Source: Rickettsiaceae bacterium (GTDB lineage Bacteria; Pseudomonadota; Alphaproteobacteria; Rickettsiales; Rickettsiaceae). Taken from it: DNA of 64,000 nucleotides. Below, one piece after another: positions 9,961-19,553 of the stretch. The position numbers and the translations under genes were made by a program. The notes under the pieces are model-generated. The model was not told the DNA's origin, did no database searches, and was given only the letters and a program-made list of their open reading frames with translations. Where the stretch lies: positions 7,768 to 71,767 of the forward strand of contig JAJFBM010000003.1 in NCBI GenBank assembly GCA_020697135.1, given 5' to 3'. The number at the start of each line of letters is the position of its first letter. The stretch's first letter is position 1.

Positions 9961-10716
9961 CTACAGCTTAAAAATCTCTCCTAAAGATTGGCCAATTATC
10001 TCAAGTTCTTTATCACTTGATAGATTATGCCGGCTATCACGAAGTAGTTTCAAATTTACCTGTGGTGCTTCAATAATTTCCATAAGCCTTAAAGAAGTTT
10101 GATAAGGCACTTCTTCATCCTTTTTTCCTTGGATGATATGGACTGGAAAGTTATAATTGAGCTTCCTACCATTAAATATAAGATGAGTACGTGCTTCTTC
10201 GATCAAGCTAAATGGTATGGGATATTTGCAGCCTTCAGGCCCAAACTCAATTATCCCATGTCTCATCATATAATCTTGCTGCTCGTTAGTCATGCGTTGC
10301 CAAATAAGCTCTTCAGTAAAATCTGGAGCAGGAGCTAGTAATAATAATCCTTTTAATCGGTCCTTATAGTGACTAGATACAGCAAGGCTTACCCATCCGC
10401 CCATACTTGAGCCCACAAGAATAATATCACCTTGAGCTACATTATCAAGTATTTGCTTTAATCCATATAACCAATTACCTATAGTTTGCTTGGTGAATTT
10501 CCCTGAAGATTTTCCATGACCTAAATTATCGAATCTAATGCAGGAGATATCATGTTTTTTGCAATATTCATGGATAAAAACCGCTTTCCTGCCATCCATA
10601 TCTGACATCAACCCATGATGAAATATGACTGTTGGTGAGTTTTTTCGCTTGCTTTTATATTCTTTATAAGCAATAAAATTATTATCAAAATTAAGGATAC
10701 TTACTTCTTGAGCCAT
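9961..10716 (-). CDS. Alpha/beta-fold hydrolase
   Basis: 251 aa. HGLMSD oxyanion region, nucleophile elbow GSSMGG, and C-terminal D/H context (KKDEEVP, SRHNL). Confidence 0.8.
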   Translation of the reverse strand: MAQEVSILNFDNNFIAYKEYKSKRKNSPTVIFHHGLMSDMDGRKAVFIHEYCKKHDISCIRFDNLGHGKSSGKFTKQTIGNWLYGLKQILDNVAQGDIILVGSSMGGWVSLAVSSHYKDRLKGLLLLAPAPDFTEELIWQRMTNEQQDYMMRHGIIEFGPEGCKYPIPFSLIEEARTHLIFNGRKLNYNFPVHIIQGKKDEEVPYQTSLRLMEIIEAPQVNLKLLRDSRHNLSSDKELEIIGQSLGEIFKL

Positions 10717-10746
10717 TTTATCTACTAAATTAAAGATTTTATCTCT

Positions 10747-11886
10747 ATGGACAATAACCAGAAAAAAACAATTTTACAAGTTCTTCCTTCGCTAGTTGCA
10801 GGCGGCGTAGAGCGAGGAACAGTCGATATATCTAAGGCTCTTGTAGATAATAATTATAATTCAATTGTAGCCTCAAATGGTGGTGTTTTGAGTAAATTAA
10901 TAACGGAACATGGTGCAAAACATATAGAAATGCCGGTGGATAGTAAAAACCCATTTCAAATTTACCGTAATATCTGCAGGCTAGTTGAGATAATTAAGGA
11001 AAATAAGGTAGATATTATCCATGCAAGGTCGCGTGCACCAGCTTGGAGCTGTTATTTTGCTGCAAAAAAAACTGGTATTAAGTTCATTACAACTTTTCAT
11101 GGTACTTATAATTTTAGCAATGGCATAAAGAAGTTTTATAATTCAATCATGACAAAAGGTGAAAGGGTTATTGCAGTATCAGATTTTATTAGGAAACATA
11201 TTATAGATAACTATAAGATAAATGAAGATAAAATACGCCTAATACATCGCGGTGTTGATACGGCAAGCTTTGATCCAGCAAAAATAGAGGTTGAAAAAAT
11301 TGTAAGTCTAAGAGCTAAATATAATATCCCAGAAGGCGTGCCTGTTATATTGCTTCCAGGTAGATTTTCACAGTGGAAGGGCCAAATGTTTCTACTAGAA
11401 GCCTTAAGCAGACTTAAGGATAAGCAATTTTTTTGCTTAATAATAGGGGATCAGTCAAGGCATCCAGATTTTGTTAACAAACTTGAAACAAAAATTGCTA
11501 CAGAAGGCTTGAAGGGTAAAGTACTCTTAGCTGGTGCAGAATATGATATGAAAAGCCTTTATGCTATGTCTGATATAATTATTTCTGCATCAATAGAGCC
11601 AGAAGCCTTTGGCCGTATTGCAATTGAAGCGCAAGCAATGGAGAAACTAATTATTGCAACTAAGTGCGGCGGATCATGTGAGACGGTGATAAATAAGCAA
11701 ACTGGCTTGCATGTTGAGCCAAATGATATATTTGATTTTGCTGAAAAAATAAGCTACGCTCTGTCAATTTTAGGTAGTGAGATACATAAGAATATTACTA
11801 AAGCTGCACGTAAATCAGTAATAGAGCATTTCTCACTAGAGGTGATGAAGAATAAAACGCTCGCTGTCTATAAGGAGTTATTATAA
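10747..11886 (+). CDS. Glycosyltransferase family 4 (GT-B, RfaG-like), probably LPS core or surface glycan
   Basis: 379 aa. LPSLVAGGVERGTVD N-terminal motif and C-terminal EPEAFGRIAIEAQAMEKLIIATKCGG (the E-x7-E region). Confidence 0.85.
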   Translation: MDNNQKKTILQVLPSLVAGGVERGTVDISKALVDNNYNSIVASNGGVLSKLITEHGAKHIEMPVDSKNPFQIYRNICRLVEIIKENKVDIIHARSRAPAWSCYFAAKKTGIKFITTFHGTYNFSNGIKKFYNSIMTKGERVIAVSDFIRKHIIDNYKINEDKIRLIHRGVDTASFDPAKIEVEKIVSLRAKYNIPEGVPVILLPGRFSQWKGQMFLLEALSRLKDKQFFCLIIGDQSRHPDFVNKLETKIATEGLKGKVLLAGAEYDMKSLYAMSDIIISASIEPEAFGRIAIEAQAMEKLIIATKCGGSCETVINKQTGLHVEPNDIFDFAEKISYALSILGSEIHKNITKAARKSVIEHFSLEVMKNKTLAVYKELL

Positions 11887-12686
11887 TGAGCTTGCCAATT
11901 TCTGGTTTTATAATTGCTAAAAATGAAGAAATTAATATAGCAAGAGCGGTAAAAAGCCTAAAAAATATTGTTGATGATTTATATGTAATAGATAGTGGTA
12001 GCCAAGATAAAACTGTTGAAATTGCTGAGTCTTTAGGGGTTAAAGTCATATTTAATGAATGGCCAGGCTATACACAGCAAAAAGCCTTTGGCGAGCAGTT
12101 ATGTAAACATAAATGGATCCTTAATATTGATGCAGATGAAGAAATATCAAAGGAATTACAAGACGAGATTGAGTATATATTCACTTCGAAACAACAAGAT
12201 CGATATAAAGCCTATAGAATAAATACGCTAATTATCCATAGAAATGAGGATAAAATAAGAAGATTTGCACCATGTAATCCTGTTGTAAGGCTCTATAATA
12301 TTGACTATGCAAGCTTTGCTTCAAATAATGCAAGCACCCATGATTCAGTAGTTTTAAAAACAGGGGTCGACCCTGAAAAGGACGTATATTCTTTGACTGC
12401 TCCAGCATATCACAGGTCAGGTACTTCCATAGATCAACTGGTCGCGAAGGCGAACTTTTATTCAGCTGAACAAGCTAAAGATATGCTTGCAAAAGGGCGA
12501 TGCCCTTCTCAAATGCGAGTAATCTCAGAATTCTTTTTTTGGTTCTTTAAAGCTTTTTTCATTAGAAGATATTTTGTATTTGGCTTTGATGGCTTTGTTG
12601 ACTCAATGATTTTTGCCTTTGCAAGATTCCTGCGCCTTGCTAAAGCTCGAGAAAAATTTATGCAACAAAAGCGTAAGGATAAGTAG
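11886..12686 (+). CDS. Glycosyltransferase family 2 (WaaE/KdtX-like LPS core glycosyltransferase)
   Basis: 266 aa. ISGFIIAKNEEINIARAV..YVIDSGSQDKT..NIDADEE (DxD). Its start overlaps the GT4 stop (TAATG), which suggests translational coupling. Confidence 0.85.
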   Translation: MSLPISGFIIAKNEEINIARAVKSLKNIVDDLYVIDSGSQDKTVEIAESLGVKVIFNEWPGYTQQKAFGEQLCKHKWILNIDADEEISKELQDEIEYIFTSKQQDRYKAYRINTLIIHRNEDKIRRFAPCNPVVRLYNIDYASFASNNASTHDSVVLKTGVDPEKDVYSLTAPAYHRSGTSIDQLVAKANFYSAEQAKDMLAKGRCPSQMRVISEFFFWFFKAFFIRRYFVFGFDGFVDSMIFAFARFLRLAKAREKFMQQKRKDK

Positions 12687-12691
12687 GCTAT

Positions 12692-13357
12692 TTATAGCCC
12701 ACTTTTTTTAATCATTTCAAGCAATTCAGGATGTTCTTTTACATGAGTATGTGGTGGATATGGTTTAAACCATTCAATATCATAAGCTTCTCTAATTAAT
12801 ACACTCAAGCAGTTATATTTATTAGCTGCTTCCATATCTACATGGCTATCACCAATAAACCAAACATGATCATTTTTAGGGTCTATACCGCTGCCAAGAA
12901 GGGCTAGCTTCAGTGGCTCTATAGAGGGTTTATCTTGAACAGCATCGCCAGCACCTACTATTTTATGAAAATATTTATCCCAGCCAAGTTTAGTAATTTC
13001 AGTTCGAAGTAAAGACCCGTTTTTATTACTAACTACTCCTATATATGGCTTAGCGTCGTGATTAATTAAATACTCCATTGTATCTATAGCGCCAAACATT
13101 GGGGTTAAATTTCCACCTGTTAAGAGATAATATTGGCTACGGTAATATTCTAAGGCTTCTGGCGTTCTTTCGTGGAAGAATTTAGGGAAATAATCTTTAG
13201 CAGCTTGAACTGCCCATTTTTTAAGCTCATCACGAGGTAATAATTTTAAGCCAAATTCCTGCATTGTGCGTTCAACAGCTTGATAAATTATTTCTTGCGT
13301 AGATACTAAAGTATCGTCAAAGTCAAATAAAATAGCTTTTGGTTTTTGAATCTGCAT
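12692..13357 (-). CDS. HAD-superfamily hydrolase (phosphoglycolate-phosphatase-like)
   Basis: 221 aa. Motif I ILFDFDDTLV, motif II VVSNK, motif IV FIGDSHVDMEAA. Confidence 0.8.
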   Translation of the reverse strand: MQIQKPKAILFDFDDTLVSTQEIIYQAVERTMQEFGLKLLPRDELKKWAVQAAKDYFPKFFHERTPEALEYYRSQYYLLTGGNLTPMFGAIDTMEYLINHDAKPYIGVVSNKNGSLLRTEITKLGWDKYFHKIVGAGDAVQDKPSIEPLKLALLGSGIDPKNDHVWFIGDSHVDMEAANKYNCLSVLIREAYDIEWFKPYPPHTHVKEHPELLEMIKKSGL

Positions 13358-13400
13358 TATTTTAAGCCTTAATATGTTTATAAGATTAGATTAGGTATAC

Positions 13401-13454
13401 TTAGCTTCTGCGTAAGAAAATTTAATTTAAAAATTTTACTTACGAAGAAGCTAA
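13401..13454. repeat. 54-bp imperfect palindrome (22 of 24 positions pair) in the intergenic region upstream of the HAD gene
   Basis: Arms are ttagcttctgcgtaagaaaattt and aaattttacttacgaagaagctaa, with a 7-nt loop. It contains the 11-mer ttctgcgtaag, which also occurs at 30147..30157. Confidence 0.6.
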
Positions 13455-13610
13455 ATGTAAAGTGTAATATACATATATCAAAAATATTATAGCAACTAAT
13501 ATAAAAGATTGACATTATATAACGACAAAAAGTAGTTTATTAATTGCTTATGATCAATTCGTAACATTGCTTAAAAGCTCTTTTGTAACATAAATATAGT
13601 AGGATAATTT

Positions 13611-15194
13611 ATGCCAAATCTCCCAATAATTATTACACAACCACTGTCTGATAATATTAAGCTTGTAGTAGAGGCAATAGATAATGAGGCAAATATTGAT
13701 ATAGTAGATAATGTAAATTTAAAAGAAGAGTTTGAAATTTCAATTGGTGAAGATTATAAATTTAATACTTCTTTAGCGCATTATGCTGCCATTAAATCTT
13801 ATAAATTTGCTGAATATATAATTGAAACTTTAGGAGTACCTCCTGATAGGAAAACAAAAATGGGCTTTACTTTTTTACATTGTGCTATTTTAGGTGGGAA
13901 GAAAAATATAGTATCTTTGTTGCTTAATAATAATTTTAATGTAGAAATTGGTAATGATAATGGTGAAAGCTGCCTTCATCTTGCGACAATTAACGGGGAC
14001 AGGCCATTAATGCAATTATTGCTAAGTAAAAATTTAGATCCTAATCAAGGTAATAAAGAAGGTTTTACCCCTCTGCATTATGCAGCACGTTTTGATAATC
14101 CCGAAGTAGTTGAGCCATTAGTGGTAAAGGGAGCGCTTCCATATCAAGGTAATAGAGAAGGCATTACTCCCCTTCATTATGCTGGGCGCTATAATAGCTC
14201 TAAAGTTGTAAAACCCTTAGTAGATAACGGGGCTAAAATAAGCCAAGGGGCACCTTTTGGTATTAACCCACTTCATGAAGCAGCACGTTATAATAGTGAT
14301 TTAGTCATAAAGCCTTTAATTGAATTAGGGATTAGTCCTAATCAAGGAACAAGTAGCGAAACATTCGCCTTAACGCCACTTCACATGGCAGCTTTCCAAA
14401 ATAACCCTAAGGTAATAAAGGCTTTAATAGAGAATGGAGCAGATAAGAATCAAGGTAATAAGGATGGCTATACTCCCTTACATATTGCCATAGTCTTTGC
14501 AAATAAAGAAGCAACAAGCGAACTTATCATTGCACGTGCTGATCTTTATAAAGGTAATAAAGATTTAGACATTTCTTTGTTGCTTGCGACTGGTAAAGGG
14601 AAAATAGATTTCAAGAAAGTTGAGAGCTTTTTTGCTAAGCATAAATTCCCAGCTAAGCCTATACCAAACGAAGAGGCCTATAAAAAAGTTGCTGAGCTAT
14701 TATTGCCATGTTTTCTAATTTCATATTTTAACCACAAGGATTCACTTGGAAAAAATGCATTAGATTATGCTCGGGAAGCAAGGTTTGGCTCTATAGAGAC
14801 ACAGTTAAATTTATATAAATGTTTTCATGATTCAGTAAATCAACGAGGCGAGAAAAACGCTATATTAAAGTACCTTAATTCGCCAGAGGATTTTGAGTTT
14901 GTAAAAAATTTAAATAAGAGTTTCTGTAAAAACCTTGATTCAAATGCTTGTAATTCACATTTTACAAAGCTACGTGCATTATTGCCTATAATAGAGGATG
15001 TAAACTTAAAAAATATAGCGAAAGAATATAATATAATGCTAAATGATCTTAAAAAAGATATTATAGCAAATATTGAGAGCACAAATACACAGCAGGCTCA
15101 TGACTTGCTACATAATGATATTTTAATAGAGGCAGATCATATATCAGTAGAAGGTGAGCTAGGGGTACTTGGCGTGGATAATGCAAACGCTTAA
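13611..15194 (+). CDS. Ankyrin-repeat protein (effector-like) with an acidic C-terminal tail motif
   Basis: 527 aa with at least 8 ANK repeats, for example GFTPLHYAARFDNPEVVEPLVVKGA, GITPLHYAGRYNSSKVVKPLVDNGA and GYTPLHIAIVFANKEATSELIIARA. The tail is LLHNDILIEADHISVEGELGVLGVDNANA. Confidence 0.9.
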   Translation: MPNLPIIITQPLSDNIKLVVEAIDNEANIDIVDNVNLKEEFEISIGEDYKFNTSLAHYAAIKSYKFAEYIIETLGVPPDRKTKMGFTFLHCAILGGKKNIVSLLLNNNFNVEIGNDNGESCLHLATINGDRPLMQLLLSKNLDPNQGNKEGFTPLHYAARFDNPEVVEPLVVKGALPYQGNREGITPLHYAGRYNSSKVVKPLVDNGAKISQGAPFGINPLHEAARYNSDLVIKPLIELGISPNQGTSSETFALTPLHMAAFQNNPKVIKALIENGADKNQGNKDGYTPLHIAIVFANKEATSELIIARADLYKGNKDLDISLLLATGKGKIDFKKVESFFAKHKFPAKPIPNEEAYKKVAELLLPCFLISYFNHKDSLGKNALDYAREARFGSIETQLNLYKCFHDSVNQRGEKNAILKYLNSPEDFEFVKNLNKSFCKNLDSNACNSHFTKLRALLPIIEDVNLKNIAKEYNIMLNDLKKDIIANIESTNTQQAHDLLHNDILIEADHISVEGELGVLGVDNANA

Positions 15195-15216
15195 GAGGTG
15201 AATTTAAAGATATATA

Positions 15217-15238
15217 GTAAGCCTTATATTTGGCTTAC
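15217..15238 (+). terminator. Possible weak terminator hairpin after the ankyrin gene
   Basis: gtaagcc-ttatattt-ggcttac followed by tctcttg. The stem is short and the T-tract is poor. Confidence 0.3.
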
Positions 15239-15305
15239 TCTCTTGCTAGAATACTAACAATTTTAACAACAATCATGCGATTGACAGTTACAAAGGTTTT
15301 ATATG

Positions 15306-15764
15306 TTATAATATTTTACCTACAGGTATGTCATGTGGGTCAGACTCATGGCTTTCAGGATCATTAAATGGCATTTCTGTGTAGCCATTTTTAAGATAAA
15401 AGTTTAAAGAAGTTTGCCTTGATTCTGCATGAATAGTTTTTACTCCTAAAGTTTTAAGCCATTGCTCTATTAAAATCAAAAATTTGCTTCCTGCGTTTTG
15501 ATTTCGTTTATACTCCTCAACTGCCATTATACGAATAGCTGCTCTCATAGCTGGCCAAAGTTGGATATGGGTATAAGCAATGATATTAGATCCTTCATAC
15601 AAAACAAAATGTGCGTGGTTAGAATCATTAAATGTCCAGGTATAAGGATCTTCTATGCCGTAAGGACCAAAGAAATATTTATCACGGAAATGCTTAGCAG
15701 CCTTCCACTCTTTTTCGTTATTACATTTATGCATTTGAATCTGATGAAAGTCTGTACCTTTCAT
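15306..15764 (-). CDS. GNAT-family N-acetyltransferase
   Basis: 152 aa. Acetyl-CoA binding region IMAVEEYKRNQNAGSKFLILIEQWLKTLG and C-terminal FYLKNGY. Confidence 0.8.
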   Translation of the reverse strand: MKGTDFHQIQMHKCNNEKEWKAAKHFRDKYFFGPYGIEDPYTWTFNDSNHAHFVLYEGSNIIAYTHIQLWPAMRAAIRIMAVEEYKRNQNAGSKFLILIEQWLKTLGVKTIHAESRQTSLNFYLKNGYTEMPFNDPESHESDPHDIPVGKIL

Positions 15765-15798
15765 AATCCCTTACCCTTATACATAATTTGCGTTAAAT

Positions 15799-17562
15799 CT
15801 ACTCAGACATATTAGAACCCTTAGAGCTTTTACCACTTAAGAAGCTTCTAAGTTTTCTTGATCTGCTTGGGTGTTTTAACTTGCGGAGTGCTTTTGCTTC
15901 AATCTGCCTAATTCTTTCCCTCGTAACTTTAAACTGATGGCCTACTTCTTCTAAAGTATAATCCATAGGCATACCAATACCAAAACGCATTCTAAGTACG
16001 CGTTCTTCTCTTGGTGTTAGGGTTGAGAGAATTCGAGTCGTAACCTCACGCAGATTAGATTGAATAGCTGCATCAATAGGTAGTACAGCATTTTTATCTT
16101 CAATGAAATCACCAAGATAGCTTCCGTCCTCGTCTCCTACTGGGTTTTCAAGACTTACTGGCTCTTTAGCAATCTTCATTACCTTTCTAACCTTCTCTAC
16201 AGGCATAGAAAGTCTGCTTGCAATCTCAGCTGGGGTTGGTTCGTAACCGAGTTCATTAAATAACTGTCTTGAGGTACGGATAATCTTATTTATAGTCTCA
16301 ATCATATGAACAGGGATACGGATTGTTTTACCCTGGTCAGCAATAGATCTAGTAATTGCTTGCCTAATCCACCAAGTAGCATAGGTTGAGAATTTATAGC
16401 CAAGCCTATATTGGAATTTGTCAACAGCTTTCATAAGACCAATATTACCTTCCTGGATAAGATCAAGAAACTGTAGGCCTCTATTTGCGTATTTCTTAGC
16501 AAGAGAGATTACAAGCCTTAAGTTCGCTTCAATCATTTCCTTCTTTGCACGAGAAGCTTGCCTATCACCTTTTTGTACAGCATTTACAACTTGTTTGAAT
16601 TCATTAATAGGAAGACCTACTTCATGCTCTATAGTTTTAAATTCAGCAATGGATTTCCTTATTTCTTTTTCTTCCTTCTCAATAAAATCTTTCCAGCCAG
16701 TTTCTTTTAGCTTCGCAACTTTCTTAATCCAATTATCATCAATAACTTCTCCCATATAATTATTTAGGAAGCTTTTTCTGGTTATGCCATGTTTCTCAGC
16801 TAAGCGGAGGAGATTAGATTCTTTGGAAATTAATGTTTTATTTATATGATATAGAATATCTAAAATATCTTGAATACGTTTTTCACTTAAATGTAGCGCT
16901 CTAATTTGCTCGACTAACTTTTCAATTAGTTTTTGTGAAGCTTTATCGTGAATAGGGATTTTTAAAGCGTCATAAGCTTTTTTAATTATAAGCAGTAAAT
17001 CTTCTGCCATTTTGGCAATATTTGCAAGATTATCCAGTACAACAGGGAGTAATTGTGATTCTAATGCTGCTGTGGTAGTATTTGAATAATCTTCATCATA
17101 GCCTTCAGTGTCTTCTTCAGTATCTGTATCTATATCAAGATCTGATTCTTTGTCAGCTTCTTCAAGTTCATCGCCAACTTCATCACCCCTATAGGCTTCA
17201 AGGTCTACTAAATCCCTTAAATTAAATTTTTCATTTGCAAGATCTTCGTACCATTTAATAAAGGTTTTAATTGCAATCGGGCTTTCGCAAAGGGACTTAA
17301 TAAGCATTTCTTTCCCTTCTTCGATTTTTTTTGCAATCTCAATCTCACCTTCACGAGATAATAACTCAACTCCACCCATATCTCTTAAATAAAGGCGAAC
17401 AGGGTCATCAGTAGTGCCTAAATTTTCATCTACTTCTTCCTCTTCTTCTTCAAAATCGGCAGCATTCGTTGTAAATCTCACTTCCTCGTCGATATTAATA
17501 TCGAGTTTGATATCTTCAGCGTCATCTTCTAATATATCAATACCAGCGTCGCTCAAGGTCAT
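15799..17562 (-). CDS. rpoD: RNA polymerase primary sigma factor (sigma-70), main body. Its natural N-terminus lies in another frame (see 17537..17734).
   Basis: 587 aa. Region 2 is [42 protein letters not shown]. Region 4 is [30 protein letters not shown]. An acidic non-conserved insert is present. Confidence 0.95.
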   Translation of the reverse strand: MTLSDAGIDILEDDAEDIKLDINIDEEVRFTTNAADFEEEEEEVDENLGTTDDPVRLYLRDMGGVELLSREGEIEIAKKIEEGKEMLIKSLCESPIAIKTFIKWYEDLANEKFNLRDLVDLEAYRGDEVGDELEEADKESDLDIDTDTEEDTEGYDEDYSNTTTAALESQLLPVVLDNLANIAKMAEDLLLIIKKAYDALKIPIHDKASQKLIEKLVEQIRALHLSEKRIQDILDILYHINKTLISKESNLLRLAEKHGITRKSFLNNYMGEVIDDNWIKKVAKLKETGWKDFIEKEEKEIRKSIAEFKTIEHEVGLPINEFKQVVNAVQKGDRQASRAKKEMIEANLRLVISLAKKYANRGLQFLDLIQEGNIGLMKAVDKFQYRLGYKFSTYATWWIRQAITRSIADQGKTIRIPVHMIETINKIIRTSRQLFNELGYEPTPAEIASRLSMPVEKVRKVMKIAKEPVSLENPVGDEDGSYLGDFIEDKNAVLPIDAAIQSNLREVTTRILSTLTPREERVLRMRFGIGMPMDYTLEEVGHQFKVTRERIRQIEAKALRKLKHPSRSRKLRSFLSGKSSKGSNMSE

Positions 17563-17734
17563 CAGCAGTTAATTTTGCTTCATCGGGCAAAGCTTTATTT
17601 ATTTCATCATAAGTAACAAATCCTTTCCCTTTAGCTTGTTTCATCAGGGAATCCATATTTTCGGGCTTTTTACTAGTCGCTTCTGTTGGTTGTTTACTTT
17701 GTTTCTGTGCCATATATTCCTTAAATTCGTTCAC
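17537..17734 (-). pseudogene. rpoD: Detached 5' fragment of rpoD (start of sigma-70 region 1.1), out of frame with the main ORF
   Basis: [53 protein letters not shown] matches the alphaproteobacterial RpoD N-terminus (..KKRGYVTYDELN..LP.E..S.E.IED). It ends at TGA 17537, overlapping the main ORF by 26 nt in a different frame. Confidence 0.8.
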
Positions 17735-17740
17735 TTAACG

Positions 17741-19552
17741 TCAATTATTATCTAAAACATATTTTTCAAGTTCTAGGTGGATATTTTCTATCTCTTTCTT
17801 ATATATTTGTGCTTTTCGGAAGGACTCTTCATTATAGGTTTCCAGGAGAGTTATATATTCTTTCTTCATTATTGCAAGATTATACCGTTTTAAAACTATG
17901 CTCCATATAGCCTCTGGAGAATATTTATTACTATTTAAAAATTGGGTGTCTAAGAATACGGAATTAGTTTTTGATAATAATATAAATAAGTCAGAAAATC
18001 TACTATTTTTAAATAAAGCTTCAATTTTTCCTAGATTTTTGTCAGTATTATCATCGCTTAAGTTGATTAATTCATCAAGATTTTCAAATATAAATTCTCT
18101 AAGATCTATAATATCCTTATTATGTAACTCAAGATGGTTTAAAGTTTCAAATATTGCATCATTTGTTAGGCTTTTCGGAAATTTCAATATGTAAGAAAAT
18201 ATTGCATATTCTAAATGTTCAATTTCGCTTATCTTATGGTCTGGAAGCTTAAGATTTACCTGAATTGTCTGCTGGGTATTAGTTTTCTTCTTTTTTTGCC
18301 TTAGCTTCCATAGTTGGTCCTTAAAGAAATAATATAGGTTTTTGCTAAGAATTTGATCCTTCAGGCTTTTTGTATAATGAGTTAAACGGGCCTCTAATGA
18401 AGCATGATGTTCAGCCGATACAAAGTTTTTATCATTTGTCTCAATATGCCAGATAGCTTCTGAAAGCGGTAGTCTTTTTTCAATTAAGTTTTCTACAAAA
18501 TTTTTCTCTTTAGTTTTTACAAGCTCATCAGGGTCAAGTCCTTCTGGTAGGAATACAAAGCTTAAAGTTTTGCTATCTGTCACTTGCGGCAGGGCAAGCT
18601 CAATTGCTTTTACAGTAGCTTTAAGACCAGCTTGATCACCGTCTAAGCAGAATATTATTTCATCAACAATTTTCCATAATTTAGAAAGATGATTAGTAGT
18701 AATTGCTGTGCCAAGAGATGCTACAGTTTCTTCATAACCAGAGGATTGCATTGCTATAGCGTCGATATAGCCTTCTACTAATATCATCCTATTTTTCTTA
18801 TATGCTGCAGCAGTTGCTTTATTTTCACCGTAGAGAGTTTCATTCTTTTTAAAAAGTAATGTTTCAGGTGAGTTTAAATATTTAGGTTGTATAGAGCCTA
18901 GAGCGCGGGCACCAAAAGCAATAGTTTTATCAAATATATTTTTGATTGGAAATGTAACTCTATCCCTAAATATTTCATAAGTAACACCATTTTCCCTTTT
19001 ACCTATAAGCCCAGCTTTTTGTATGTACATTAATGGAATTTTTTTAGATTCTAAAAATTGCTGGAGCTGGTTATGGCTTGGGGCGTAACCTATATCAAAT
19101 TTTTGGATTTGCTCTGCACTTATCCCACGCTTTGCAAGATAATCAATAATATGCTTATTTTCTTTTTTTCTAATTTGCTCAGTGAAAAAGCGATTAGCAA
19201 GCTCAAGAACTTTTTGGATTTCATCTATTTCATCATAAAGCTCTGCCTCTTTACGACTTAATTTAGGTATCTCAATACCATTAGCTTCAGCAAGTTTTAT
19301 TGCTGCTTCTTGATATCCAATGCCACTAGTTTCTGAGACGAATTTAATTGCATCTCCATGAGCTCCACAACCAAAACAATGGTAGAAGCGCTTAATATCA
19401 TTTACTGTAAAAGAGGGGCTTTTTTCATCATGAAACGGGCATAGGCCTGAGAATTCGTAACCTTTCCTTGTTAATTGTACGCGGCTTGAGACTACCTGTG
19501 AGACAGATAATCTTTGTCGCAGCTGCTCAAAAAACTCCAAAGGTATTCGCAT
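17741..19552 (-). CDS. dnaG: DNA primase
   Basis: 603 aa. Zinc finger CPFHDEKSPSFTVNDIKRFYHCFGCGAHGD and TOPRIM VEGYIDAI...DGDQAG. It sits immediately upstream of rpoD, the classical dnaG-rpoD operon. Confidence 0.95.
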   Translation of the reverse strand: MRIPLEFFEQLRQRLSVSQVVSSRVQLTRKGYEFSGLCPFHDEKSPSFTVNDIKRFYHCFGCGAHGDAIKFVSETSGIGYQEAAIKLAEANGIEIPKLSRKEAELYDEIDEIQKVLELANRFFTEQIRKKENKHIIDYLAKRGISAEQIQKFDIGYAPSHNQLQQFLESKKIPLMYIQKAGLIGKRENGVTYEIFRDRVTFPIKNIFDKTIAFGARALGSIQPKYLNSPETLLFKKNETLYGENKATAAAYKKNRMILVEGYIDAIAMQSSGYEETVASLGTAITTNHLSKLWKIVDEIIFCLDGDQAGLKATVKAIELALPQVTDSKTLSFVFLPEGLDPDELVKTKEKNFVENLIEKRLPLSEAIWHIETNDKNFVSAEHHASLEARLTHYTKSLKDQILSKNLYYFFKDQLWKLRQKKKKTNTQQTIQVNLKLPDHKISEIEHLEYAIFSYILKFPKSLTNDAIFETLNHLELHNKDIIDLREFIFENLDELINLSDDNTDKNLGKIEALFKNSRFSDLFILLSKTNSVFLDTQFLNSNKYSPEAIWSIVLKRYNLAIMKKEYITLLETYNEESFRKAQIYKKEIENIHLELEKYVLDNN

Positions 19553-19553
19553 A

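Noticed and set aside
15306-15764. GNAT acetyltransferase considered as a possible TacT/AtaT-type toxin
   Set aside because: No small RHH antitoxin ORF lies upstream or downstream. The gene is flanked by rpoD and the terminator of the ankyrin gene, and its sequence looks like a generic GNAT.
17540-17568. prfB-style programmed +1 frameshift as the explanation for the split rpoD
   Set aside because: The candidate slip site (CTT GAG) is not followed by an in-frame stop, and no SD-like stimulator precedes it. Programmed frameshifting is therefore not supported by sequence features. It is retained only as a low-probability alternative in the rpoD finding.
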